Positions 10,944 to 21,817 of a stretch of DNA of 64,000 nucleotides are shown piece after piece. The notes under the pieces are model-generated. The model searched no databases. It was not told the origin of the DNA and saw only the letters and a program-made list of their open reading frames with translations. Positions within the stretch are counted from its first letter, which is position 1; each line of letters starts with the position of its first letter. A program made the position numbers and the translations under genes. Source of the stretch: Rebecca billardiae RCC1528 (taxonomy: Eukaryota > Protista > Haptophyta); contig OZ251249.1 in the NCBI GenBank assembly GCA_965240325.2, positions 620,001-684,000 of the forward strand, in the 5' to 3' direction.

Positions 10944-11904
10944 CGCATTGACGCCGTGCCGCACACCGCGAGTCGGGCGCCGCTGCCCATGGCCAGTCGC
11001 TGCCGACGCACGAAGTGTGCCGAGCTCGAGTCTCCGGACGCGGGGATGGCCTGCATCGGCTCATGGGAGCAGACGGGCGGCGTCCTGACGACATCATTGA
11101 CTGCTTGGCCCATGCCACGTTCATCACGCGAATCACGTTCGGGTGGATCAACCGGCAGTGAGACCGAGGCGGCCCGGGCCGCGGCAGGCCTGGCGCCGTG
11201 ACTATCACTACTGACTGGCGGCGGCGGGCGCGGGCGTGGCACGCTGACTCCGAGGGCGTGCAGAACGCGTGCGGAGACGGTGGAACTATGTGACGAGGTG
11301 CAGAGGTGGCAGCATCAGCATCAGACTGGCACGCGTAGCAGGCAGACTGCACGGGTCCATGCCAGCAGCGCTGCATCATAATCATGCCAGTGATCATCCG
11401 CCTGATAGCCCATATATATATATATGAGTGCCGCCAGGCCGCCGGCGGCCCGCGCCGAATCGCCGATGCAGCGCTTGGGCTTATATATAGCGCTCGCTGA
11501 CGCTAGTCCGCAGCGCGGGGTCCAGCCGACCACTGCTGCCACACTCCGTCCGAGCCCCCGGAGCGCGGACGGGCTCCCGGCACGGCTGACTCGGCCGAGG
11601 CGCCCCCGTAAGTGAGAGTGCCGCCGCAGAGCGGCGCAGCAGGGGCCCCGGGCCCGGGCGCAGGGCTCCGGGCTCGGTTGCTCGGACCCCCCGTGCGCAC
11701 CGCGTTCAACCGATCCGGGCCGGACGTTCCGTTGTCAGACTTGCCGTTATGATGCCCGCCAGGCACGGCGGGGCCGACGCGCCGCGCGGGCAGCGCAGGG
11801 CCCGCACCGAGCCACTGCCGCACCGCGAGCCGGCGGCGCACTCGGGCCCGCGCAGCGGGCATCAGCGCGAGTCGGTGCCGGCCTGGCTGACACTCAGCGG
11901 GCAG

Positions 11905-13785
11905 TCAGCGGCAACCAGCAGTCACGGCGTCGGCTAGCTGTCCCACTGTCCGCGGTGATCCGATATGGCGCTGCTCAAGCTGGGCACGCGCGTTCTCGAG
12001 CTGGGCGCGCGTGCCCTCCAGCTGGGCACGTGTGCCCTCCAGCTCAGCACGCGTGCCCTCGAGCTCAGCACGTGTGCTCTCGAGCTCAGCACGTGTGCGT
12101 CGTAGGCCCTCGAGCTCGGCACGTGTGCCCTCCAGCTGGGCACGCGCGTTCTCAAGCTGGGCACGTATGGTCTCGAGCTGGGCGCGCGTGCCCTCCAGCT
12201 GGACACGTGTGCCCTCAAGCTCAGCACGTGTGCCCTCGAGCTGGGCACGTGCGTCCTCCAGCAGGGGACGTGTGCCTTCGAGCTGGGCACGTGTGCTCTC
12301 GAGCTGGGCACGCGTGAGTTCGGCAGCGGCGTGCTCGGCAGCGAGCTCGGCGGCAGCATCACAGCAGTGCATTGTATCTGCTGCTTGTTCGAGCAGCCCA
12401 CCGAGCAGCGGGGCGTCTGCCGCGTGCTCACCGCTCCCACTGCCGCCAGACCTGCCAGCAGGCGGGGCAGAGCGCATGGCTGGCTGTGTGCGCGCTGCAC
12501 GTGTCCCGCTAGGCCTTGCTCGCCTGCCCTGCCAGTCGCCTCGGCCAAGGGGGCAGCTGCCGCTCACGGTATCGGGGCGACGTGGAAGGCTAGCCTCAGC
12601 ACGAGCAGTGGGCGTGCGCTGCTGTGGATGCGGCTGCGGACCGGCGGTGGCGGGAGCTGCGGTTGGGCTGCTGCCGTTGCGCTGCGTGCGCTGGCGCTTT
12701 GCGCTGCCGCCCTGCTGAGGCCCAGGGGCTGCAGCCAGCTTTAGCTCGCGCATGGCGCGCTTGTTGATCATCCCGGCCAGCTTGTGTGTGGCGCAGCGGC
12801 GGGCACGTGCGTCGCCCGGCATGCCAAAGCACGGGTGCTTGTCACAGCCGGCATGCTCGCACCTGCGGCTGTGCACGTCCACCATGCCGGCCAGCTTGTG
12901 CGCAGCGCAGTGGCTGGCACGTGTGTCACCTGGCATGCCAAAGGCTGGCTGCTTGTCACAGCTGGCATGCTCGCACCTGCGGTTGTGCACGTCCACCATG
13001 CCGGCCAGCTTGTGCGTGGCGCAGCGGCTGGCACGTGTGTCACCAGGCATGCCAAAGATTGGCTGCTTGTCACAGCTGGCATGCTCGCACCTGCGGCTGA
13101 CCACGTCCACCATGCCCGCCAGCTTGTGCGTGCCGCAGCGGCTGGCACGTGTGTCACCCGGCATGCCAAAGTGAGGATGCTTGTCACAGTCGGCATGCTC
13201 GCACCTTCGTTTGTCCACGCTGACCATGCCGGCCAGCTTGTGCGTGGCGCAGCGGCTGGCGCGTGTGTCACCAGGCATGCCAAAGTGCGGCCGCTTGTCA
13301 CAGCTGGCATGCTCGCACCTGCGGCTGACCACGTCCACCATGCCCGCCAGCTTGTGCGTGCCGCAGCGGCTGGCACGTGCGTCACCCGGCATGCCAAAGT
13401 GCGGCCGCTTGTCACAGCCGGCATGCTCGCACCTGCGGCTGTGCACGCCCACCATGCCCGCCAGCTTGTGCGTGCCGCAGCGGCTGGCACGTGCGTCACC
13501 CGGCATGCCAAAGATTGGCTGCTTGTCACAGCCGGCATGCTCGCACATGCGGTTCTTCACATCGACCATGCCGGCCAGCTTGTGCGTGGCGCAGCGGCTG
13601 GCACGTGTGTCACCCGGCATGCCAAAGGACGGCTGCTTGTCACAGCCGGCATGCTCGCACCTGCGGTTGACCACATTAACCATGCCTGCCAGCTTGTGCG
13701 CACCGCAGCGGCTGGCACGTGCGTCACCCGGCATGCCAAAGTGCGGCTGCTTGTCACAGCCAGCTCGGCCGCACGTGCGGGGCAT
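11905..13785 (-). CDS. EsV-1-7-like cysteine-rich repeat protein with C-terminal heptad coiled coil
   Basis: Nine 38-aa repeats of RRCEHAGCDKQPxFGMPGDxRASRCxTHKLAGMVDVxx (C-x4-C...C-x2-H). About 16 TRAQLEG heptads near the C-terminus. ATG at 13785 (MPRTC); the frame is open to 13956. Confidence 0.85.
   Translation of the reverse strand: MPRTCGRAGCDKQPHFGMPGDARASRCGAHKLAGMVNVVNRRCEHAGCDKQPSFGMPGDTRASRCATHKLAGMVDVKNRMCEHAGCDKQPIFGMPGDARASRCGTHKLAGMVGVHSRRCEHAGCDKRPHFGMPGDARASRCGTHKLAGMVDVVSRRCEHASCDKRPHFGMPGDTRASRCATHKLAGMVSVDKRRCEHADCDKHPHFGMPGDTRASRCGTHKLAGMVDVVSRRCEHASCDKQPIFGMPGDTRASRCATHKLAGMVDVHNRRCEHASCDKQPAFGMPGDTRASHCAAHKLAGMVDVHSRRCEHAGCDKHPCFGMPGDARARRCATHKLAGMINKRAMRELKLAAAPGPQQGGSAKRQRTQRNGSSPTAAPATAGPQPHPQQRTPTARAEASLPRRPDTVSGSCPLGRGDWQGRRARPSGTRAARTQPAMRSAPPAGRSGGSGSGEHAADAPLLGGLLEQAADTMHCCDAAAELAAEHAAAELTRAQLESTRAQLEGTRPLLEDARAQLEGTRAELEGTRVQLEGTRAQLETIRAQLENARAQLEGTRAELEGLRRTRAELESTRAELEGTRAELEGTRAQLEGTRAQLENARAQLEQRHIGSPRTVGQLADAVTAGCR
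11972..12315 (-). repeat. 21-bp coding minisatellite (heptad TRAQLEG)
   Basis: Repeated CTCGAGCTGGGCACGTGTGCC-like units. Confidence 0.9.
12754..13779 (-). repeat. Nine tandem 114-bp coding repeats
   Basis: Counted in the translation of the minus-strand ORF. Confidence 0.95.
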
Positions 13786-13963
13786 CCTCGCGCGCGGCAG
13801 CCACGTAGCGTATGCCGTGCCACTTGAAAGGGAAGTATGTGAAGATCTGGCTACCGACGGGGTGAGGCCGCCATCGTGTGGCTCGTGCCGAGTCGTGCGC
13901 CCTCGGCGGTGTAGAAAGTAGAATACGATGATGGTATTCATCATCACTATATTCATCGTACTG

Positions 13964-14094
13964 ATCTCGCCTGCCTGAGCTGTGTGCGTCTCTAAATTCT
14001 TAGTAAACTGTACAGCAGCAGATCGTACGTACAGTTGGCGGGCGTCAATCTCGCCTGCCTGAGCTGTGTGCGTCTCTTATTCTTAGTAAACTGT
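13964..14094 (+). repeat. Two adjacent copies of solo TIR-like repeat A
   Basis: ATCTCGCCTGCCTGAGCTGTGTGCGTCTCT(T/A)ATTCTTAGTAAACTGTA at ~13965-14013 and ~14048-14094. Confidence 0.85.
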
Positions 14095-14307
14095 AGCTAC
14101 TTGAGTACTTACAGTACTGAGTACTGGCAGACCACGTCGCACGGTCCCGCGACCCGCGACCCGCCGGCCGCCCTTCAATACTGGCTGCTACACTTGTGAT
14201 ACGCAGTGGAGGTCAGCATGTCGCCGCCTTGTTCACCGTCACCTCCTCGACACGCGCCGACGAAACTTCGTAGGCTTCGGACGCTGGAGGCTGCTTCGTC
14301 GTCGCTG

Positions 14308-15119
14308 TCATCTCGCCGTGCTCGGCCGCTTGCCAAAGCCGTGCGGGAACAGCCGAGCGGACAGGCGAGAGCGGTTGGTGGGGGCCGGCGACGCCACGGA
14401 GCCGGTGGATGTGGCGGCCTCTAGCGCCGAGCCGCCACCCGCGCGCTCGGCGGACGCCCCGCCCGCCGTGCCCGTCCGCTTGGGCAGCGTCGGGAGGTGC
14501 GGCGTCATCGCCGACACGGACATGCGCTCTGAGCCGCCGCCATCCGACCTCCGCGCCGGCCCGTTGTGCGGCTGGCCGCAGTGCGGGCAGTTGGCGCCGA
14601 GCTGCTGCTGGCACGCGCTCAGCTCGCCATTCAGCTCGTCGATGCGCACCTCCAGGTTGCGGATGATGTTGACGAAGTTGTTGTTGAGCACGATCAGCTC
14701 GTCGGTGCGCGTCGAGACCTGCGGCGCGCCGCGCACAAGCCAACAGGCGCGGGCCGGCTGGCACGTCAGCCGCGGCTACGCGCGGCTCGCCGACGCGACG
14801 CGCCCACAGACGCGCTCACGCGGCGTACGTGGTGCGGGTCGAGGCGCGACGGGTAGATGCCCGGGAACCACGACACTTTGGCCGAGCCGCCGAGTGTCGC
14901 CGCTTTCATCTCCGCGACGGCGCGCAGCGCGTGCAGCTCGACTTTGAGCTGGTCGGTCTCGAGCCGGTGCTTCTCGCGCTCGCTGAGGACCTGCTTCTCG
15001 AGCTCGCGTATGCGCAGGTTGCTCTCGATCACGTCCGAGTTGCCGACCAGCCGCTCGGCCACCTTGCCCTCCGCCACGGCCTGCTCCAGCCGGCTCGGCA
15101 TGGCCGTCGCGCTTTTCAT
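14308..15119 (-). CDS. Hypothetical coiled-coil protein; exons 15119-14877, 14718-14308 (~217 aa)
   Basis: Two coiled-coil-like ORF segments (LRIRELEKQVLSEREKHRLE; IIRNLEVRIDELNGELSACQQQL, CPHC) joined by a phase-0 GT-AG intron. Confidence 0.6.
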
Positions 15120-15304
15120 CGAGTCGTTCGACTTTCGGACGGGTCACGGTTTCCCACGATGGCGGCGGCTGCCCACACCGCCATACTGAATACGGGGCTC
15201 GAGCAAGGTGTGCAGCTGCACTGCCGAGCATCATCAGCAGGCAGGCAAGGACGTTTTCAAGAGCCCTCGAATCGCGCGCTCTCGGCGAGGCGAGGCGGGG
15301 CGCC

Positions 15305-17499
15305 ATGATGTACACGGGGCAGATGGAGGGTGGCAACATGCATGGAAAGGGCAGCTTGACCTACCCCAACAACGAGAAGGTCCGCCGCGCGCGCGCGCAC
15401 CGGCCGCGCGCCGCGCACGCGCGCGCGTGCCCGCGCGCATGTCGCCGCCACGCCCGCAGGCGGCCTGACCTGGGTGCGCGGCGCGCGCGCCTCGCCGCGG
15501 GGGTGCAGTACGAAGGGGACTTCGTGTACGGCAAGCGCCACGGCTTCGGCGTGTACATCTACGCCGACGGCGGCCGCTTCGAGGGCGAGTGGATTGACGA
15601 CCGCGTACACGGGCGCGGCGTGTGCTACTACTCGTCCGGCAACCGGTACGAGGGCGAGTGGACGGACGGCAAGATCAACGGGTACGGGATCCTCACGTAC
15701 GCGGACGGCGACCGCTACGAGGGCGACTGGAAGGACGGCAAGATGCACGGCCGCGGCACGTACACGTACGCCGACGGCGACCGGTACGAGGGCGAATGGA
15801 TCGAGGACAAAAGACACGGCAAGGGTGTTGTCACATACGCGGCGGCGGCGGGCGCGATCGCGGAGAAGTACGACGGCGACTGGGCGGACGGGCGGATGCA
15901 CGGGCGCGGGCGCTACCACTACGCCGACGCCGGCGTGTACGAGGGCGAGTGGCACGAGGGCAAGATGCACGGGTGCGCCGCCGGCCGGAACCCCGCGTGG
16001 GCGACCGCGCGCGCGCAGCGCGCTCGGGCCAACTGCGGGCGGCGCGGCGGCGCGCGCGTGTGCTCGCTCGCGCGTGTGACCTGATCCCGGCGCGCCGCGT
16101 GGGCGCGCCCTGTGCACGCCAGGCGCGGCGTGTATACCTTCCCCAACGGCAACAAATACGACGGCGAATGGGCGAACGACATGAAGGAGGGGTGAGAGAG
16201 CGCGCACGCGCGCACGCGCGCACGCGCGCACGCGCGCACGAACGCACGCGCGCACGCGCGCGGCGGCGCTCGCTGCTGAGCTGAGCTAGGGGCGGGGTGG
16301 CCGCAGCCGGCAGGCCGGCAGCAGGCGGGTCCTCGCCTCCGTGCAACAGCCTGAGTGCCTGGGCCCTACTCACATCGTACTCACATCCTACTCACGCCCG
16401 GGCCTGGTGCCCAGTGAGTAAGAGGCGCAGCCAGCCAGCAGCCAGCCACCCCGCCACCCGCCCACCCCTGCCCGGCCGTGCCGCCGCTCACGCCCCCGCC
16501 CGCGCACCCCTCCGCCCCCGCAGCTATGGCGTCCTTACTTACGTCTCCACTGGCGAGCGGTATGAGGGCTACTGGAAGGTGCGCGCGAGATCGCGATCTC
16601 CAAACGCACACACCCGGAGAGGGGTTGGGGCTGCTGGAAGGGGCGCCGCCTGCGCGCCTTGCGAGCGAGGGGGAGCTCCCGAGCTCCCGGAGAGGGGCGT
16701 CTGCCCTGCTGGGAGCGTGCGGCGGTGCTGGGCCCGCCCCCTGCGCACGCGCGCGCGCGCCGCCTGCCCCGCGCGCGGGCCGCGCGGGCCGCGCGGGCCC
16801 GCCCGGCGGCTGCGCGTGCGCTGGCTGGCCCTCACGCGCGCCGCGCGCCGCCCGGCCGGACAGGACGACAAAGCGCACGGCAAGGGCACGCTCACCTACG
16901 TCGCGGGCGACCGCTACGTCGGCGACTGGGTCTCGGGCCAGAAGCACGGGCAGGGCGAGCTGCACTACGCCAGCGGGGACATGTTCAGAGGAGAGTGGGG
17001 AGGCGACCGGGCGAGCGGGCACGGCGTGCTGCAGTACGCGAACGGCTGCCACTACGAGGGGCAGTGGAAAGACGACAAGCGGTGCGCGCCGGCCGCGCCG
17101 TCCCGCCGAGCGCAGCAGCAGCCGGCGCCGCCCCGCCGGCCGCGCGCGCCCCTCACTCGCTCCGCGCGCCGCCCGTGCGCTCCTCTTGCGGGTGACACAC
17201 CGATGACACACGCGCGCGTATGACGCGGTATCTGACATACCGATGACACACCGGTGACACACGCGCGCGCGCGCGCGCACGCACGCGCACGCGCACGCAG
17301 GCACGGGTACGGCGCGTTTGTGCACACGGACGGCTCGCGGTACGAGGGCGAGTGGGCCAACGGGCGCAAGGAGGGCAAGGGCACGCTCTGCCTCCCCACC
17401 GGCGACAAGTTCTCCGGCTACTGGGCGGACGGGCTCGTCTCAGGGCCGGGCCTGCTCGAGTTCCACGCAGAGTCGCCCTGGCTGAACGCGGATCTCTGA
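15305..17499 (+). CDS. MORN1: All-MORN-repeat protein of the TbMORN1/TgMORN1 type; exons 15305-15379, 15509-15972, 16123-16191, 16524-16578, 16864-17081, 17301-17499 (~359 aa)
   Basis: Continuous YEGEWxDGKxHGxG repeats. The N-terminus ([36 protein letters not shown]), the internal insertion ([19 protein letters not shown]) and the SPWLNADL end match my recollection of kinetoplastid/apicomplexan MORN1. Spliced length is 1080 nt, in frame. Confidence 0.88.
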
Positions 17500-17874
17500 G
17501 CGGGCCTGCGGCGGCTCACTGCCGCGGCGCGGCGCGCGGCGCCGCTTGGCGCGGGGTACTAGGCGCGGGGCCAGCGCGTGCTATCACTGCCGGCCGCTCT
17601 GAAGGCGACGGTGCGGATGGCGCCCGATGGCGCCCGCGCCGTACCCGCGCGGAGCCGGCCGCCTCACGAGGGCCAACCGCTGCCATCACTCATCAGGCGA
17701 CGCAACACAGGCGGCGGCGGTGGACAGTGTTAGCACTCGCCATCAGAGACGTTCCGGCGGCTGCACCGCCACCGCCGCCGGGCAGCTGACTGAGCCTGAC
17801 TCAGGGTGATGATGATAAGTGATGGCGCTGATGTGACGCAGACGGAGCATGATGGCTGAATTGGCTGATGATGT

Positions 17875-17950
17875 TTATTATAATAATTATTAATTACATA
17901 TATATAATTAATAATATAATAATATATATAATAAAATATATAAATCATCA
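17875..17950. other. AT-rich low-complexity island
   Basis: Nearly pure A/T stretch in a GC-rich background, between convergent genes. Confidence 0.8.
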
Positions 17951-18396
17951 ACGCCGGACGACTGGCGGGAGTCGCGGCGGACCGCGGGCCGGGGTTCGTT
18001 AGGGTATATGCCAGCACGACTGCGCTATTTGGACGACCGGAACACGTGCGGTGGCGGTGCCCATGCGCAGCAGCACGCAATGACGCATATGGTCCGCCGG
18101 GGCTGATGCGCCAGCAGTCGCAGCAGAGCCGTTCACCGTTACGGACGTACGATGGCGCCAGGGCCGATGTCAGTGCCAAGACCGCGACGGCACGGCCGCG
18201 GCCGCGGGCGACGCCGGTCGCCGTGCGTACGGTGTAGCCGTGAACGGTGCCGCAATGAGCCGCGCCCGCTGCTAACGACATGCACTGTAGGCGCTGGCGC
18301 GCCGCTAGGGCTGCGGCTGCGGCTGCGGCTGCGGCAGCTTCTGGATGGCCTCGCTGATTTCGGCTGAGGGCATGCCCTGTAGGCGCTGGCGCGTCG

Positions 18397-19893
18397 CTAG
18401 TGCTGCGGCTGCGGCTGCGGCTGCGGCAGCTTCTGGATGGCCTCGCTGAGTTGCTGAGGGCGGGGCAGGGGCATCGCGCGCGGGGCGACACACGGCGGGC
18501 AGGCCGCCTGCGGCGTGAGCGAGGCGCCGAGCCAGTGGCAGCGGCGGTGCACCGAGCGGCACCCCGCGCGAGGGGAGGGCGGCGCACGGGCGCGCGCAGA
18601 GCAAGGGCAGGGCGCGCGCTGGGCGGTGCGCGCTGGGCGGTGCGCGCTGGGCGGTGCGCGCTGGGCGGTGCGCGCTGGGCGGTGCGCGCTGGGCGGGGCG
18701 CGCTGGGCGGGGCGCGCTGGGCCGGGCGCGCTGGGCGGGGCGCGCTGGGCGGGGCGCGCGCGCACGTCGACACGCCGACGCTCCGCCATCTCGGGCTCCG
18801 CCGGCCTCGCATGCGCCGGCGGCTGCGCGGCCGCGGCCGCGGCGCCCGCCACGGCCGGCTCGGCGCTCGCGACGGCGGCGAGCCTCGCTTCGTACTCTGC
18901 CCGCAGGGCCTCCTGCCGCGCGCGCGCCGCCTGCAGCCGCGCGGCGCGCGCCTGCTGGAACGGCACGGTCGAGTCCGGGTGCGGGCGCCCGGCGTCGCCG
19001 TCGCGGCTGTCCACGTGCTCCGCGTGCGCCGTCCCCGCCGCAGCCTCCGGCTCGCCCGGCGGCTCGCGCCGCCGCGGCGACGGCTGCGCGTCTGAGGCCG
19101 CGTCAGCGACGTCGTCGTCATCCGTTGGGCCGAGCTTGCGACGCTTCGCCTCGGCCTCGCGCCGCTTGAGGCGCCGCCTCTGCGATTTGGAGAGGGCCTG
19201 CACGCTGCTGCCGCCCGCGGAGCTGCCGGCGCCCGCCGCGCCGTTCGCCACGGCGCCGAGCCGCTCGTGCACAGACCGGTGGCGCTGAGAGGCCGCCGCG
19301 GTCGAAGCCGCTGCCTCCGCCGACGCCGCACCCGCGGGCGCTGCCGCGCGCCTGTCGCCGTTGCGCTGGGTGGCGCGGGGCTCGGCGCCCGCACCGGGCG
19401 GCGGTGCGCGTGCGCGCGCGCTTTGCCTTGGCTCGCGGCTGGCCGGCTCTGCGCGTGAGCCGTTGGCGTCCCCGTCGGCACGGCCGCGGCCGCGGCCGCG
19501 CTCGCCAGGGCCGCCTTCGCCTCTGCGCACTTCGCGCGCCGGCCGGCGCGGCGAGCGCGAGCGCGAGCTCGACGTGGGCGTCGAGGAGCGGGAGGATGAG
19601 GTGGACGGGCTGCGCCCGCGCTTCCGGGCCGGCGGCGCGCGCCGCGCGCCGCGCCGCCGCCGCGGCGAGCGCGAGCGAGATCGCGATCTCGAGCGCGAGC
19701 TCGAGCGCGAGCTCGATTCGGAGGTGGAGGAGGAGGTGTAGTCGGAGGAGTCGGAGGCGTTCCGCCGGCCGCGCGGGCGGCGAGGCGGCGGCCCGCGCCG
19801 CTGCGCCTGCTGACGCGGGCGCTGGCGCGCCTCGAGCTCGCTCGACGTCCGGCTCGATCGCGACGTCGACGACGAGCGCGAGCGGCGCGCCAT
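18397..19893 (-). CDS. Arg/Ser-rich low-complexity hypothetical protein (3' structure uncertain)
   Basis: Long ORF with [12 protein letters not shown] tracts, NLS-like KRRKL and a coiled segment. ATG at 19893. The 14-bp repeat region near 18612-18755 may be intronic. Confidence 0.55.
   Translation of the reverse strand: MARRSRSSSTSRSSRTSSELEARQRPRQQAQRRGPPPRRPRGRRNASDSSDYTSSSTSESSSRSSSRSRSRSRSRSPRRRRGARRAPPARKRGRSPSTSSSRSSTPTSSSRSRSPRRPAREVRRGEGGPGERGRGRGRADGDANGSRAEPASREPRQSARARAPPPGAGAEPRATQRNGDRRAAAPAGAASAEAAASTAAASQRHRSVHERLGAVANGAAGAGSSAGGSSVQALSKSQRRRLKRREAEAKRRKLGPTDDDDVADAASDAQPSPRRREPPGEPEAAAGTAHAEHVDSRDGDAGRPHPDSTVPFQQARAARLQAARARQEALRAEYEARLAAVASAEPAVAGAAAAAAQPPAHARPAEPEMAERRRVDVRARPAQRAPPSAPGPARPAQRAPPSAHRPARTAQRAPPSAHRPARTAQRAPCPCSARARAPPSPRAGCRSVHRRCHWLGASLTPQAACPPCVAPRAMPLPRPQQLSEAIQKLPQPQPQPQH
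18612..18755. repeat. 14-bp minisatellite (GCGCGCTGGGCGG[T/G])n
   Basis: About 10 tandem units. Confidence 0.9.
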
Positions 19894-20079
19894 GCCTCCT
19901 GACGAGCGGGCGGCACGCGAGCGCTCAGCTCCCGGACCTGTCCAGCTGGGCCCACTGCCCCACTTGCTCAAGTCCGGGCGCGCGCGCTATCAAACGACTG
20001 CGCGGCGTCCGCTTCCGACTCTCCGCAGCAGAGCCCTCAGCGCAAGGGGGCCGCGGTCGTTGGCGTGGTCGCGAGCGCC

Positions 20080-20974
20080 ATGGATCTCGTCCAGCGCGGC
20101 GCGATCGCGCAGATGCGCGCGCAGACGCCGGAGCGCGGGCAGATCCTCCAGCTCATCGACATCCGCCACATCAAGGGCCCGGCCACCGGCGGCGCGAACG
20201 TCGGCGACCGGCTCCGGATCGTCCTGTCGGACGGCGAGTTCTTCCAGCAAGGCATGGTCGCGCAGCAGCTGCACGAGGAGGTGCGGCACTTCCCGCTGAA
20301 CTCGATCGTGCAGGTGGACCAGTGGAACGTCAACCACGTCGCCGGCCGGCTCATCGTCATCGTCACGGGCGTCAGCCTCGTCCAGCCCGGCGACACCGTC
20401 CAAGGGCGGATCGGAAACCCGGCGCCGTGCGACCAGGAGGGCGCCGCCGGCATGCCCGCGCAGCAGCAGCCGCCGGCGTCATACGCGCCCCCGCAGGTGG
20501 GCGCGCAGCCGCAACCGCAGCCGAACGCGTACGCCAACCAGCCGCCCGCGGGCTACGGCGCGCCGCAGAACGGCCACGGTCCGTACGGCGGCGGCGGCGC
20601 TCCGGGCCAGTACAACGGTGGCGGCTACCCGCAAGCGCCGCCGCAGCACGCGCCGATGCCGGCGTACCAGCAGCCGGACTCGTACCACGGCGGCGGTGGC
20701 GGCGGCGGCGGGTACGGCCAGCCGCAGCACCCGCCGCACCCGCAGGCGCCGTACGGCCAGCCGCCGCCGCCCGCGCAGGGCAACGGGTACGGCGGCGGCG
20801 GGCAGCCGTATGGGGGCGGCGGCGGTGGTGGCGGTGGCTATGGCGGTGGCGGGTACGGCGGCGGCGGCGGCGGCGGGCCGTACGGCGGCGGCGGCGGGTA
20901 CAACAACAACAACGCGTACGGTGGCGGCGGCGGCGCGCCGCCGCCGGCGCAGCACTTTGGCGGCGGCGGCGGCT

Positions 20975-21006
<32 letters not shown>

Positions 21007-21786
21007 TACGGCGGCGGTCCGATCGCCCGCAACAATGACGATGTCGTGACGATCCCGATCGGCGCGCTCAACCCGTACCAGAACCGCTGGGCGATCAAGG
21101 GGCGCGTGACGAAGAAGGGCGACAAGCGGAACTACTCGAACCAGCGCGGCGACGGCGTGCTCTTCTCCTTCACCCTCTGCGACGCCGACGGCGACATCCG
21201 CGTGACGGCCTTCAACGACGTCGCCACGCGGCTCTTTGACGCGATCGAGCTCGACGCCATCGTCGTCCTGCGCAACGGGCAGATCAAGGAGGCGAACGCG
21301 AAGTGGAACACGGCGTCGTCCAAGTACGAGATCACGGCGAGCCAGCAGACCGAGGTGCAGGTCCTCGCGGCCGACGCCGACGCGAGCATCCCCGTTGACC
21401 GTTACACGCTCGTGCGTATCTCGGAGCTCGAGATCCGCGAGGCGGAGTCCAAGGTGGACGTGATGGGCGTGCTCACGAGCGTGGGCGAGGTGGAGAACTT
21501 CACCTCGCGCGCGGGGAAGGAGCTGACGAAGCGGAACATCCGGCTGGCGGACGACTCGGCCTGCGCGATCGACGCGACGCTGTGGGGCGAGAAGGCCGCC
21601 GGCTTCTCCGGCCAGCCGGGCGAGGTGCTGGTGCTCAAGCAGGCGCGCGTCACGACATGGAACGGAAAGTCGCTCAACGCCGGCTTCGACGGCGACATGC
21701 GCCTGCACCCCGAGCACGAGCGCGCGCCGCAGCTGGTGGCGTGGTACAACGGCGGCGGCGCGGGCGCGGTGCGCTGCCTCTCCGAG

Positions 21787-21817
<31 letters not shown>

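Noticed and set aside
12754-13779. CRISPR-like regular repeat array
   Set aside because: Units are contiguous 114-bp in-frame coding repeats with no unique spacers; no cas genes; eukaryotic context.
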